DNA of 64,000 nt from an uncultured Methanosarcinales archaeon (GTDB taxonomy: Archaea > Nanobdellota > Nanobdellia > Woesearchaeales > CAYMBN01). This document shows, piece after piece, positions 25,643-35,530 of the stretch; the first letter of the stretch is position 1; each line of letters starts with the position of its first letter. Both the position numbers and the translations under genes were made by a program. The notes under the pieces are model-generated. The model had not been told where the DNA came from. It did no database searches and worked only from the letters and a program-made list of their open reading frames with translations. The stretch lies in contig CAYMBN010000001.1 of NCBI GenBank assembly GCA_964388715.1, positions 200,962-264,961 on the forward strand, read 5' to 3'.

Positions 25643-26713
25643 TCACCTTTCAACATATGAATTTGGTATGAATGTGAATGGACCAAGGTTAAGTCTAATT
25701 GCTTTGCCTTTTAGATCATCAAGCTTTTTACCTAAGTATTCAATTTGTTCTTGCTCTGACATTAATTGGTTAACATATTTTCCAAATGTTTTTCTCCATT
25801 CATCTGGTGAAGCACTTCCAACTTTGATTTTTGTATCAACAATATTTTTTTCTCTGTCAAGTGCGATGAATCCTGACAAATCTTCTAATTCTACTTCTAA
25901 GACTTTTCTGTAAGGAATACCACTATGACCTATCTGATTTTTTAGAACTGTTATTTTTACTCCATCTTGTTCATTTGTGTACATTTCATCAGGATCAGTG
26001 TACCATTTAATTAGTTCAACTATTCTTGAGTAGCATTCATCTTTAAAATGTGTTATTTGGTCTGGCCCTACTTGCTTTAACACTTGAGCAAATCTTATTG
26101 TTTCTTCTTCTGATAGATGTTTACCCCATTTATCCTTTGAATAATCATATTTTAGTTCATAAGGTGTTCCATCAGAATTAAATACTTTACCAGTTTCAAA
26201 GTTGCTTCTTAGAAGGTTATTATCTAAATCAAAAAACTTAACTTTGTTAAGATCTATTTCCAAAACACTTCCATCTGATTTTCTTAAGGAATTTTTACCT
26301 GTTTCTGGATCAAATTGAATTTTTTTAAGGTCTAGAACATCTAATTTATCTCCCTCAACCGGATATTTAACAATGAAATTGCTTGGGATCTGTTCTCTTG
26401 AATTTAATCCAACAGAGACAGTACCATTTGAAACATAATGAGTACCTCCTGGAAAAAGAATATTAGATCTTGCCAAACTTTCAATATCAGGATTATAAGC
26501 TACTTGTATGATACTGTGATAAGCAAGTTCGTCTGAAGTAACCATTTGACCTTTTTTTGAATCAGATAAATGTTTAATTGTTCCTTCAAGAGATCTCATG
26601 AAATCTTTAATACGTTCATCTGACTCGCTTGGATCTATAGTAAATATAACATCTCTGTGATCTCTGTATAGATCACTTATTGACATTATATCAATTCCTT
26701 TTTGTTGGTTCAT
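25643..26713 (-). CDS. Hypothetical protein (MNQQKG start)
   Basis: Long ORF with AAAGGTGA site. Confidence 0.7.
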   Translation of the reverse strand: MNQQKGIDIMSISDLYRDHRDVIFTIDPSESDERIKDFMRSLEGTIKHLSDSKKGQMVTSDELAYHSIIQVAYNPDIESLARSNILFPGGTHYVSNGTVSVGLNSREQIPSNFIVKYPVEGDKLDVLDLKKIQFDPETGKNSLRKSDGSVLEIDLNKVKFFDLDNNLLRSNFETGKVFNSDGTPYELKYDYSKDKWGKHLSEEETIRFAQVLKQVGPDQITHFKDECYSRIVELIKWYTDPDEMYTNEQDGVKITVLKNQIGHSGIPYRKVLEVELEDLSGFIALDREKNIVDTKIKVGSASPDEWRKTFGKYVNQLMSEQEQIEYLGKKLDDLKGKAIRLNLGPFTFIPNSYVER

Positions 26714-26732
26714 TTTTGATTTCACCTTTTGA

Positions 26733-27617
26733 TTATCTTGCTAGATTGTATTCTTTCTTTGCTTGATTTATTGTTATCTGAGCTAGATCACCAATAAGTT
26801 CTTCTAACAGTGTTTTTATTCCACCGCTGATATCAATATTAGGTAATACTGAAGATCCACCAGGTAGTAAGACTGTAAATTGATAATTATCTCTTCCTTT
26901 CTCTGCTTGTACAAAGTATTGAGTTCCGTTTTTGTCTGTCATAAAAATTGTTGCTATTTGGTATTCATCAAAGGAACCTTTAACTTTGATTCTTCCATCT
27001 AATGTTTCCATTTGAGGCAGTTTATAACCCATAGAACTATTTGCTTTATATTTCAAAAATTCATCATAATCCCTTGAAAGTACTAGTTCAATGTCTCCTT
27101 CTTCTTTCCCTTGAACAATTGATCTGAATTTGTTTGCATATTTTTTTACAAATTCATCTCTTTTTTGTCTGAATAATCCTCCATATTGTGCATCTACTTG
27201 TTTTTCTCCATTTGTTTCTGTTTCTTTTCCATCTATTAAAGAAAATGCTTTTTCTGGATAGTCATTTGCACTGTTTTTTCGTTTGTCTGGATCTAATTCA
27301 ATTACTTCATCATTTTCAGTAACTTTGAATCTTAATTCTTGACCACCATCTTTAAATTGGAATTTACCAGAATCTGTTTCAAAGTATAATGTTTGTAAAC
27401 CACATTTGTAAGTATATACATTATCTGCCTCAACAAACTTTTGAGTTCCTCTTGCACGATACCTAAAATTATGTTCATTAATTATATTACCACCAACTTT
27501 TTGTTCTGTTGCTCCAGCTGGTTTTTCATCATGAGCAATAAAATTATTTGCATATGTAGGGGCTCCTGATGCTGCTAAAAGCATTGTTGTTAAAATTATA
27601 TTTCTTAAGTTTTTCAT
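26733..27617 (-). CDS. Putative secreted protein
   Basis: MKNLRNIILTTMLLAASGAPTYA signal-peptide-like N-terminus. Confidence 0.72.
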   Translation of the reverse strand: MKNLRNIILTTMLLAASGAPTYANNFIAHDEKPAGATEQKVGGNIINEHNFRYRARGTQKFVEADNVYTYKCGLQTLYFETDSGKFQFKDGGQELRFKVTENDEVIELDPDKRKNSANDYPEKAFSLIDGKETETNGEKQVDAQYGGLFRQKRDEFVKKYANKFRSIVQGKEEGDIELVLSRDYDEFLKYKANSSMGYKLPQMETLDGRIKVKGSFDEYQIATIFMTDKNGTQYFVQAEKGRDNYQFTVLLPGGSSVLPNIDISGGIKTLLEELIGDLAQITINQAKKEYNLAR

Positions 27618-27624
27618 TTTTTAA

Positions 27625-28311
27625 TCACCTTTTCATGTATGTTTTTCCTAATTTCAATTGTGTTTTGTATGATTGCACTGGTTTTCTCATTGTATCCCAC
27701 AAATTCTTAACATTTGCAAGCTCTTCTTTTGTATCTCTACCTTGTTTAACAAACCAGTTTGTGTTAGGATTAAAATCAATGTTTTCTGGATCAGGAGAAC
27801 CTTTTTTTAGTGTTCCACTAATTCCAGAAGCTTTTCCACCATGAGCTTGTCTAAGGTTCATGTAATCTCTCAAATAGGTTTTTTCTGTATCAGGTCTATA
27901 TTTAATATCTTTTGTAGACTCACTAATTGTATTATCTTCTAATGGAGAAATTCTTGGAACAAAACGATAGGCATTAGGTTTACCATCTTTTTCTTGATCA
28001 TAAAATCTGTGGATAAAGATCTTTCCATCTTTTTCATATGCAACTGTAAAAGCTATATCAGGATTAACATCTCCAGGAGGTAGTTGACCAGTGCCAACTC
28101 TATATTTTTTACCATCAAGCTCAAAATAGCCTGTTTGACCATGCTGGCCCATGTATACTTCAACAGGGATTTTTTTACCTTCATGTGTGAAATTAGTTTG
28201 GATAACATTAACATCGCTACATCCAGTTGTGGTTACAATAAGACCAACAAGGCCCGCAGTAGTTAATCCTCTTTTAGTATAATTGTTTAATTTTTGTCTT
28301 AAGTTTTTCAT
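27625..28311 (-). CDS. Putative lipoprotein
   Basis: ...KRGLTTAGLVGLIVTTTGC lipobox-like segment. Confidence 0.7.
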   Translation of the reverse strand: MKNLRQKLNNYTKRGLTTAGLVGLIVTTTGCSDVNVIQTNFTHEGKKIPVEVYMGQHGQTGYFELDGKKYRVGTGQLPPGDVNPDIAFTVAYEKDGKIFIHRFYDQEKDGKPNAYRFVPRISPLEDNTISESTKDIKYRPDTEKTYLRDYMNLRQAHGGKASGISGTLKKGSPDPENIDFNPNTNWFVKQGRDTKEELANVKNLWDTMRKPVQSYKTQLKLGKTYMKR

Positions 28312-28442
28312 TTTTTTGATCACCTTTGGTTTTTGTTACTAGTAAGTGAGTTATCTATTTTATGTAAACTTTTTGTGTAAATGGTGTATATTTATTGAAA
28401 AGTGTAAATAAAATAGAAAGTTTTTTATATTAAAGATGTTTA

Positions 28443-29369
28443 TTGAATGTTATGAATAGAAAGCTTGTAAAGCATGGACCTAGCACTTTAATGGTTTCTT
28501 TACCTAGAAAATGGATCAAAAAAAATGAATTAGAAAAAGGAGTTGAGTTGAATATAGAAGAACATGATAATGTGTTGATGTTAAGCACTGGAAAGATTGT
28601 TAAGGAAAAGAAGGAAACTTTTGTTAATATTGAAGTTAATGATGAGAGATACATAAGAATTGTTCTTAATAATACTTTTAGGATGGGTTTTGATAAAGTC
28701 AAGGTTAATTTTAAGGCAAGGAATGTTTTTAATGTTGTTCAAGATGTTGTAGATCATCATTTGCTCGGATTTGAGATTACAAAGAAAGAGTTGGATTATT
28801 GCATTATTGAAAATATTACTGAACCTACAAAGGACAAATCATCTATTTTATTGAAAAGAATGTTTATGATTATTAAGGATTCTTTGAATGTGTTGGAAGA
28901 AGATATGAAGAAAAATGAGTTTGAAAATATGAAAGTAATAAAACAACACACCAGCAAATTAGGGCAATATGATAATTTTTGTAGGAGAAGCATAACAAAA
29001 GGAATTTTTATAGAAAAAAATTCTAATTTTTATTGGTCATTATACAGGGAATTACTTTTTATTCAGAGAGACATGTTTTATCTGTATAAGTATTTGTCTG
29101 AGGAAAAAATAAAGATTAGCAAGGAAACTATTGAACTTATTCAAGAGACTAAAGTGATGTTTAATGATTTGTTTGAGTTGTTTTATAAAAAAGATATTAA
29201 AAAAATGATGGAAGTTAATAAGAGATTTAAAAAAATACATTTTGGAGAGATCTATGAATTATTAAGCAAAAATAAAGGAAAAGAAAATGTTATTATATTT
29301 TATTTGGGGAAATTAGTGAGAAAAATTAATCTTTGCACTAGCCCAGAGTTTTCTATTGTTTTTCAGTAA
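28443..29369 (+). CDS. AbrB-domain / PhoU-like phosphate uptake regulator family protein
   Basis: RKLVKHGPSTLMVSLPRKW N-terminus, GFEI, helical PhoU-like region. Confidence 0.8.
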   Translation: MNVMNRKLVKHGPSTLMVSLPRKWIKKNELEKGVELNIEEHDNVLMLSTGKIVKEKKETFVNIEVNDERYIRIVLNNTFRMGFDKVKVNFKARNVFNVVQDVVDHHLLGFEITKKELDYCIIENITEPTKDKSSILLKRMFMIIKDSLNVLEEDMKKNEFENMKVIKQHTSKLGQYDNFCRRSITKGIFIEKNSNFYWSLYRELLFIQRDMFYLYKYLSEEKIKISKETIELIQETKVMFNDLFELFYKKDIKKMMEVNKRFKKIHFGEIYELLSKNKGKENVIIFYLGKLVRKINLCTSPEFSIVFQ

Positions 29370-31274
29370 ATTCTTAATATTATACATTGATTTAAAATAA
29401 GGAGTAGGATCTCTACCACGTGAAACTTCCCATGCACCAATCCTTAGATTTTCAACAAAAGCTCTTTCTAAAGTGTGTTGATAAAATTCTTCTGAGTCTA
29501 CTTCAAAGTTTTCTTCATGTTTTCTCATAGCTATATATGAATTTATGTATTGTTTTGCTGTTAATCCTTTTGTCCTTGAGTTTCTAAATACTTCTGGACT
29601 TAGTAAGAATGGTCTTGCCATGTCACAATATTCATTGCTTGGTTTAACAGAACCAAAATCTCCTAGGAATATGTGATTAAAGAAATTATCTGGTTTTGCA
29701 TCATAGTGAGCAAGTACTGTTACAATATCATCAATTTCTTTTAATTTTCTTACACATTCTTCATATTTCTTTTTTATTTCTACCATGTCACCTTTGTATT
29801 TTTTAAACACGTTATTTTGTTTTAACATTCTTTGGGCTAAAAATTCATAGTCATTAAAAGAAGCCATTTTTCCTTTTTGTACTTCTGGTGAGTTCATGTG
29901 TTTTTTCATATAAGTGTGGAATAATGATAAAACATATAATCTATGCATAATTGGGTCTGTAAAATGCTTTCTTAAGCCAAGTTCTTCAAAGGTTTTCAAT
30001 TTTTCTTCACTGAATGGGATAACCTTTTTTGATATATCTTCGTAGAGGACTAAACTATAACCATTATTTGTGATTGGTTCATTAATCAGAACATTAGGAA
30101 CATATGGTTGTAATTTTTTTATTTTTCTTGCTTCTGTTGTGATAAATATTTCTTTTTCAGCTCTTCCCTGATTTTTTGTAATCTTAAAAACATAAGCATC
30201 TTTTCCAATAATTAATCTACCAACAGCATCTGATAATGTTTTATCATTGCTAAGGTTTTGGAAGTATATTTTATCAACATGAATATTACCATCAATGCCT
30301 TGTAATGCTTCATAAACAGATTCTTGGATTATGTTAGGATCAAGTTTTTTGAATAAATCTCTTAGTATGTCTTCTAGTTCTTGATGTTCTCTAACAATAT
30401 CATCTGCTTTTCTTTTTCTGATCCATGCTCTTTCTTCTTGTCTTTTTTGATAAGGATTAGCTTCTTGAGCTGAAGGGTTATGGCAAACTGTGCCCAAAAC
30501 ACTAGCTAACAAAAAGGTGTGTTTTAGTTGAGGTATAGAAAAATCAATACCTTTAGCAAAAGTATCTTCTTCACACCATGCAGGTATTTCTTCTAGATAT
30601 GAATCTATATTACTCATAAAACTGTTGTACATTTGTTTTGCTTCATATGGATTTTTAGCAGTTAATAATGAATTAAAGTAATCCATAAATTTAAAACTAA
30701 AAGACCTACATGAATTTGACATTTGGATAAGACTTGCTACTTTATTATTTTTAATACAATATTGTTTTAATTGATTAACTTGTTTTTTTAATTTAGGAGA
30801 AGACCATTTTTTAGGAGAACCTGAATATTCTCTACCTATTTTAGAAAGTGTTGATTTAATATGCTGACTTCCTTCATCTTCTTGGTAGTACACAAAATCA
30901 TCATTAGCTGTTGTTTTATGGCTAAATAATTCTAATAAGTCAAGAGTTAAATTTTCCATGTATTTTTTATATAAAATAGGATCATAATCTATTGAATTAA
31001 TAGTTATTGAAGATCCTTGATTAAATGGGGCATTAAAACCAGAATATTTAGATCTTTGTTCCTCTGTTAAATGTACATTTGTACTAAGTTCATTTTTACT
31101 ATCAATTTTATAAACATTATTTTTAATTGAAAGTTTATCTTGAGGAAATAATGAACAATAAAATGAAGGGTTGAAAAGAGTAAATAATGATAATATAATT
31201 GGGAGAGTTTTTCTTTTAATACTCATTAAACATTTAGGAGAGTCCACTTTTTCCTCAAGTGATTTAGTTGTCAT
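29313..31274 (-). CDS. Large protein with N-terminal hydrophobic segment and C-terminal APH/choline-kinase-like domain
   Basis: YVFK...EKE, HYDAKPDN, LGDFG, EYCDMAR. Confidence 0.72.
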   Translation of the reverse strand: MTTKSLEEKVDSPKCLMSIKRKTLPIILSLFTLFNPSFYCSLFPQDKLSIKNNVYKIDSKNELSTNVHLTEEQRSKYSGFNAPFNQGSSITINSIDYDPILYKKYMENLTLDLLELFSHKTTANDDFVYYQEDEGSQHIKSTLSKIGREYSGSPKKWSSPKLKKQVNQLKQYCIKNNKVASLIQMSNSCRSFSFKFMDYFNSLLTAKNPYEAKQMYNSFMSNIDSYLEEIPAWCEEDTFAKGIDFSIPQLKHTFLLASVLGTVCHNPSAQEANPYQKRQEERAWIRKRKADDIVREHQELEDILRDLFKKLDPNIIQESVYEALQGIDGNIHVDKIYFQNLSNDKTLSDAVGRLIIGKDAYVFKITKNQGRAEKEIFITTEARKIKKLQPYVPNVLINEPITNNGYSLVLYEDISKKVIPFSEEKLKTFEELGLRKHFTDPIMHRLYVLSLFHTYMKKHMNSPEVQKGKMASFNDYEFLAQRMLKQNNVFKKYKGDMVEIKKKYEECVRKLKEIDDIVTVLAHYDAKPDNFFNHIFLGDFGSVKPSNEYCDMARPFLLSPEVFRNSRTKGLTAKQYINSYIAMRKHEENFEVDSEEFYQHTLERAFVENLRIGAWEVSRGRDPTPYFKSMYNIKNLLKNNRKLWASAKINFSH

Positions 31275-31413
31275 TGTTCTTTACCTCTTCTACTAGTTTC
31301 TTTACAGCGAATTCTACTACGTGGGATTTATTACGGAAAGAACCTGATCTGACTAGCTCTCTAATTGCATATATGGTGTCTTCTTCAAATGCAACGCTTG
31401 TCTTGTGTTTCAT
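31264..31413 (-). CDS. 49-aa ribbon-helix-helix (CopG/CdrS-like) protein
   Basis: Manual translation MKHKTSVAFEEDTIYAIRELVRSGSFRNKSHVVEFAVKKLVEE; overlaps the kinase start. Confidence 0.8.
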   Translation of the reverse strand: MKHKTSVAFEEDTIYAIRELVRSGSFRNKSHVVEFAVKKLVEEVKNNDN

Positions 31414-31572
31414 ATATACCTATAATTACCCCAAGTATTTAAATCTTTCGGTTTTTAACTACTGTTTAGTGATAAATTATAACATAATGTGTTTTAGAGG
31501 TTGTACTGTGGGAATTGATGGGTTTGGGGGGAATGAAAAACTTTAAATATTAGCACTTAAGTTGAGGTTTGT

Positions 31573-31959
31573 ATGGCACCAGATAGAGTAATACATTATG
31601 GAAAACATGTGGATAGTCTTAAAGTATATGGTACTCCTGATTTTAATCCTGCGCTGGGAGAAGCTGCTCTTTTTGCAAATGATGCTTTTGGAGATGGAAG
31701 TCATATAATTGAAGCAGAGCTTGTGCCTACAGATGGAGGACATGTTTTAGTTGAAAGAAGACATATATTTGAAGGAAATTATGTGTATACTCACACTTCA
31801 AGAGGGGTTTTTGGACCAGTTAGAAATGTTAGAGTAACACAAGATGAAGGTCTTCATATTGAAGCTGAGGTTGAACTTCCTGATGATAGAGATTCATTAG
31901 CTAAACAGGTTGATGCATTTCATAATAGAGGACGTTTAAATAATAGAGATCTAAAATAA
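31573..31959 (+). CDS. Hypothetical protein
   Basis: 128-aa ORF with GAGGT site. Confidence 0.65.
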   Translation: MAPDRVIHYGKHVDSLKVYGTPDFNPALGEAALFANDAFGDGSHIIEAELVPTDGGHVLVERRHIFEGNYVYTHTSRGVFGPVRNVRVTQDEGLHIEAEVELPDDRDSLAKQVDAFHNRGRLNNRDLK

Positions 31960-31962
31960 AAA

Positions 31963-32652
31963 TTAAACATTCATTTCAATCTCTGTTTCTGTTGTTTTGC
32001 CATCTATGTTTACTAGACGCTTTATCTTGCCTTTTCTGGTTGCCTTTAGTCTTGCTTGTGCTGGGTCGTTCTCGTATTGTTTTGGGACATCGATTTTGTC
32101 AATTATGTATGTGTGCTTGATTTCTACTGTTTTGAATTCACTGCCTGGGTTGTCAAATAAGAAGAGTTTCTTTGCTGCTTCATAGTCTTTCTTTGGAAGT
32201 TTTGCTGTTAAGAACTTTTCAACTAACTTGCCTGGTTTTGGTATTGATTTTTTTAGTTTAAGAACATAGTTAGGTGACTTTAGATTCAATAAAAGCGCGT
32301 ATTGATTGAATGCTTTTACAAATTCTTTGAATTTTGCTGGGTTTAGAGTTATGTCTATTGTGTATTTCTTGCCTGTTACTTTTTCTGGCTCAATACCTTG
32401 TGCTTGAAGTTCTGGTAAAATTTTTTTCTTTGTTACAATTACACCTTTGAGTGGGACATCTTCGTCAATAATTCCAGATAAAAAGTCAAATATTACATCA
32501 AGATATTCATGTCCTGCTTGTATTGTTACTCCTTTGCCTGTTTTTTTCATGAAGAAGGTTTCTTTTTCAAACTGACCCAAACCGTAACGGATAAACTTCT
32601 TATGTGTCCATTCATCTATGTTTTTTTCGAAAATATTTTTTATGTGGTTCAT
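31963..32652 (-). CDS. Hypothetical protein
   Basis: 229-aa ORF with GAGGTGG site. Confidence 0.75.
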   Translation of the reverse strand: MNHIKNIFEKNIDEWTHKKFIRYGLGQFEKETFFMKKTGKGVTIQAGHEYLDVIFDFLSGIIDEDVPLKGVIVTKKKILPELQAQGIEPEKVTGKKYTIDITLNPAKFKEFVKAFNQYALLLNLKSPNYVLKLKKSIPKPGKLVEKFLTAKLPKKDYEAAKKLFLFDNPGSEFKTVEIKHTYIIDKIDVPKQYENDPAQARLKATRKGKIKRLVNIDGKTTETEIEMNV

Positions 32653-32881
32653 GTGACCACCTCACAATTTTTTTCATATGTTGTTTAGCATAATGTATTC
32701 CTTCTAATCCGCTCATTAAAAAACCAAATCCTAGCATGATCCAAGTGAAAATGTATACTCCACCCCAAAATTTAACAAGTGATATGTTAGGGTAGGCAAC
32801 TGCACCTAATGCAACACTGATCCAACCAATAATGTAACTTATTAAGATTACTGCAACACCAATATGAAATAATTTCTTCAT
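32612..32881 (-). CDS. Small two-TM membrane protein
   Basis: Two hydrophobic segments; ATGA coupling to upstream gene. Confidence 0.65.
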   Translation of the reverse strand: MKKLFHIGVAVILISYIIGWISVALGAVAYPNISLVKFWGGVYIFTWIMLGFGFLMSGLEGIHYAKQHMKKIVRWSHEPHKKYFRKKHR

Positions 32882-33684
32882 AGTCTTTTCACCTCTATAC
32901 TAACTGCATCACAAAGTACTCTTATGTAACGTGGACAAAAAGTAAATTCAAGTTCTCGTTCTTCGCAATAATCAATTATCTTTTGTTTTTCTTGATCATC
33001 TTTGTATTTGATAATAACATTTATACCATTTTTATCTTTATGGATTATGTTGAAATCTTTAAGATCTGATTTAACTTTTTCAGAAACTTTCCTGAAATAT
33101 TCTTGTCGTGGTTTAACATTTTCAAGTAATTGTTTTAATTCATCAAGTTTGGTTTTGTCAAAGCTAAATTGGGAAAATTGATCTTTTATCTTGAAAAAAT
33201 CTTGATTGTTTGTTGTTATGAATCCACCATAACCAAGATTAACAGGTTTCCATTTACCAAAACTTCCTACTATTATATCTGCGTAGTTACCATCACACAT
33301 ATCTGTGGCAATTGAACCACTACAATCCATTATAACAAGACATTTACCTTTACATGTTTGGTAAATTTTTTTGAAGTCTTGTTCTGCAAAATAACCTGCA
33401 GGATTTGTATAAATTAAACAAGAAGCATTGTCTAGTTTGTTTTTCAAATCGTCAATATTAATGATACCATTATCTGTTTTTAGTTCAACAAATTTCATTC
33501 CAAGCTTTTTTGGATAGTTTTTATATGTAAGCCACCCACCTTGGTCAGGAATTAGAACATTTCCTTCTGGATTTAAACGTTTTACAATAGAAAATGCAAT
33601 ATATATTGAATTATTGCCACGGGCTGTTAATTCTACAAGTTTATGTTTAGTATATTTTTGTAATAATTCTACTACTTTTTCCAT
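32878..33684 (-). CDS. PLP-dependent transferase (DegT-like fold)
   Basis: TARGN, IPDQGGWLTY, IMDCSGS, GSFGKWKPVNLGYGG. Confidence 0.8.
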   Translation of the reverse strand: MEKVVELLQKYTKHKLVELTARGNNSIYIAFSIVKRLNPEGNVLIPDQGGWLTYKNYPKKLGMKFVELKTDNGIINIDDLKNKLDNASCLIYTNPAGYFAEQDFKKIYQTCKGKCLVIMDCSGSIATDMCDGNYADIIVGSFGKWKPVNLGYGGFITTNNQDFFKIKDQFSQFSFDKTKLDELKQLLENVKPRQEYFRKVSEKVKSDLKDFNIIHKDKNGINVIIKYKDDQEKQKIIDYCEERELEFTFCPRYIRVLCDAVSIEVKRL

Positions 33685-33779
33685 TCTAATTGATAAAAAA
33701 GGTTTTTTATTAATAAATGTTACTATGCACATAGTATAGACCATAACATTTATAAAGGGTTGATAATTTATGTAAATAA

Positions 33780-34157
33780 ATGAGGAAGATAGTGTTTGAT
33801 ACTAATTTCCTGTTGATACCTTACCAATTTAAGGTTGATATTTTTGAGGAAATAAAGCGTATAGTGCTTTTTAAATACAAATTATGTGTTTTAGATAAGA
33901 CAATTGAGGAACTTAAAAAGATTATAAAAGAGCAAAAAGGCAAGCATAAACTCGCTGCAAAACTGGGTTTAGAACTTGTAAAATCAAAACATATAAATAT
34001 TATTCATACAAAATCATTAAAAAATACTGATGATACATTAGCTGAGTTGTCAAAAAAAGGGTATATTATTGCAACTCAGGATAAAGGTTTAAAAGTTAAG
34101 ATTAAGAAAGGAAATTTAATAACATTAAGACAAAAAAAATATATTGGGGTAGGATAA
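33780..34157 (+). CDS. PIN-domain (Fcf1/Utp24-like) nuclease
   Basis: VFDTNFL, EEL, TDD, IATQD; usual position before rpoE. Confidence 0.88.
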   Translation: MRKIVFDTNFLLIPYQFKVDIFEEIKRIVLFKYKLCVLDKTIEELKKIIKEQKGKHKLAAKLGLELVKSKHINIIHTKSLKNTDDTLAELSKKGYIIATQDKGLKVKIKKGNLITLRQKKYIGVG

Positions 34158-34745
34158 ATGTTTTACAAAGCCGAAATAAAAGATCATATAAGAGTACCAC
34201 CTGTACTTTTTAGTATTCCAAAGCAAGAAGCAGTAATAAAGTGTATCAAAAAAGAATATGAAGGTTATATTTCAAAAGACCTAGGCATTGTTATTGATGT
34301 TTGTAGTGTTAGTGACATCAAAGAAGGTGTAATTATAGCAGGTGATGGTGCTTCATATTATGAAACAACATTTAATTTGCTTATTTTAAAGCCAGAAATG
34401 CAAGAGGTTTTACTTGGAAAGGTAAAGGATATTGCTGACTTTGGTGTTTTTATGGCACTAGGTCCAATAGAAGGAATGATTCATATTTCACAAGCAATGG
34501 ATGATTTTGTAAGTTTTTCAAAAGACAAAACATTGTCTGGTAAAGAATCAAAAAAGATTTTAAAGGTTGGTGATCTTTGTAAGGCAAGAGTCATTGCTGT
34601 AAGTTACAAAGACCTAACAAATCCTAAGCTTGGTTTAACAATGAGACAAGCTGGTTTAGGACGAATGGATTGGATTGAAGAAGAGTTTGCTCCAAAAAAG
34701 GAGAAAAAAGAAGTTAAAAAGAAAGAAACCAAGGGTAAAAAATAA
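34158..34745 (+). CDS. rpoE1: RNA polymerase subunit E' (Rpo7)
   Basis: IRVPP, GDGA, FGVFMALGPIEGMIHISQ, LTMRQAGLG. Confidence 0.95.
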   Translation: MFYKAEIKDHIRVPPVLFSIPKQEAVIKCIKKEYEGYISKDLGIVIDVCSVSDIKEGVIIAGDGASYYETTFNLLILKPEMQEVLLGKVKDIADFGVFMALGPIEGMIHISQAMDDFVSFSKDKTLSGKESKKILKVGDLCKARVIAVSYKDLTNPKLGLTMRQAGLGRMDWIEEEFAPKKEKKEVKKKETKGKK

Positions 34746-34746
34746 A

Positions 34747-34935
34747 ATGGTAAAGAAAAAAGTGTGTAAGAAATGTAAAATATTTGTTGATGGTAGCAAG
34801 TGTCCTATTTGTAGTGATAATCAGTTTACAACAAATTGGAAAGGACGTGTTTATATTCTTGATGCTAACAAATCAATGGTCGCAAAAAAATTAGGGATAA
34901 CTGTAAAAGGAGAGTATGCTATAAAAGCAAAATAA
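34747..34935 (+). CDS. spt4: Transcription elongation factor Spt4 (RpoE'')
   Basis: CKKC...CPIC...WKG...SMVAKKLGI...GEYA. Confidence 0.93.
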   Translation: MVKKKVCKKCKIFVDGSKCPICSDNQFTTNWKGRVYILDANKSMVAKKLGITVKGEYAIKAK

Positions 34936-34936
34936 A

Positions 34937-35344
34937 ATGCAATTAAAATTACTTGAGAAGAAAGAGAATCCTTTGTTAAGTAGGTCTGAGGTAAAGGGAG
35001 AATTAACTTTTGATGGTGCAACACCTAAAGAAGCTGATGTTAAAAAGTTGTTAGCTACCACAACAAAAAGTGATGAGAAATTAGTTAAGGTTAAAAATAT
35101 TTATACACATAATGGTCATCAAAAGGCTGATATTCATGCACATATTTATACTGATGAGAAAGTTATGAAAGAGCTTGAGAAGGAAAAGAAGAAAAAAGGA
35201 GATAAGAAAGCTCCAAAAAGTGGAGCACCAGCAGCTCCTGCTGAGCAACCTAAGAAAGAAGATAAAAAAGAAGAGGCAAAGAAAGAAGAAGATAAAAAAG
35301 AAGAGAAACCAAAAGAAAAACCTAAGAAGGAAGGTGAGAAGTAA
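34937..35344 (+). CDS. rps24e: 30S ribosomal protein eS24 with K/E-rich C-terminal extension
   Basis: [13 protein letters not shown]; conserved gene order. Confidence 0.88.
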   Translation: MQLKLLEKKENPLLSRSEVKGELTFDGATPKEADVKKLLATTTKSDEKLVKVKNIYTHNGHQKADIHAHIYTDEKVMKELEKEKKKKGDKKAPKSGAPAAPAEQPKKEDKKEEAKKEEDKKEEKPKEKPKKEGEK

Positions 35345-35529
35345 TGCCAAAAAAACAAAGAAAACCAAAAAAAACAAGTTCAAAGTATAAATGTTATGAT
35401 ACTTCTTCAGGATTAAAAAGAAAAAATAAGACATGCCCAAAATGTGGTTCTGGTGTGTTCTTAGCACAACACAAGGATAGAGTTACATGTGGTCAGTGTG
35501 GTTATGCTGAATTTATGAGTAAGAAATAA
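35344..35529 (+). CDS. rps27ae: 30S ribosomal protein eS31 (S27ae)
   Basis: [24 protein letters not shown]. Confidence 0.95.
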   Translation: MPKKQRKPKKTSSKYKCYDTSSGLKRKNKTCPKCGSGVFLAQHKDRVTCGQCGYAEFMSKK

Positions 35530-35530
35530 T

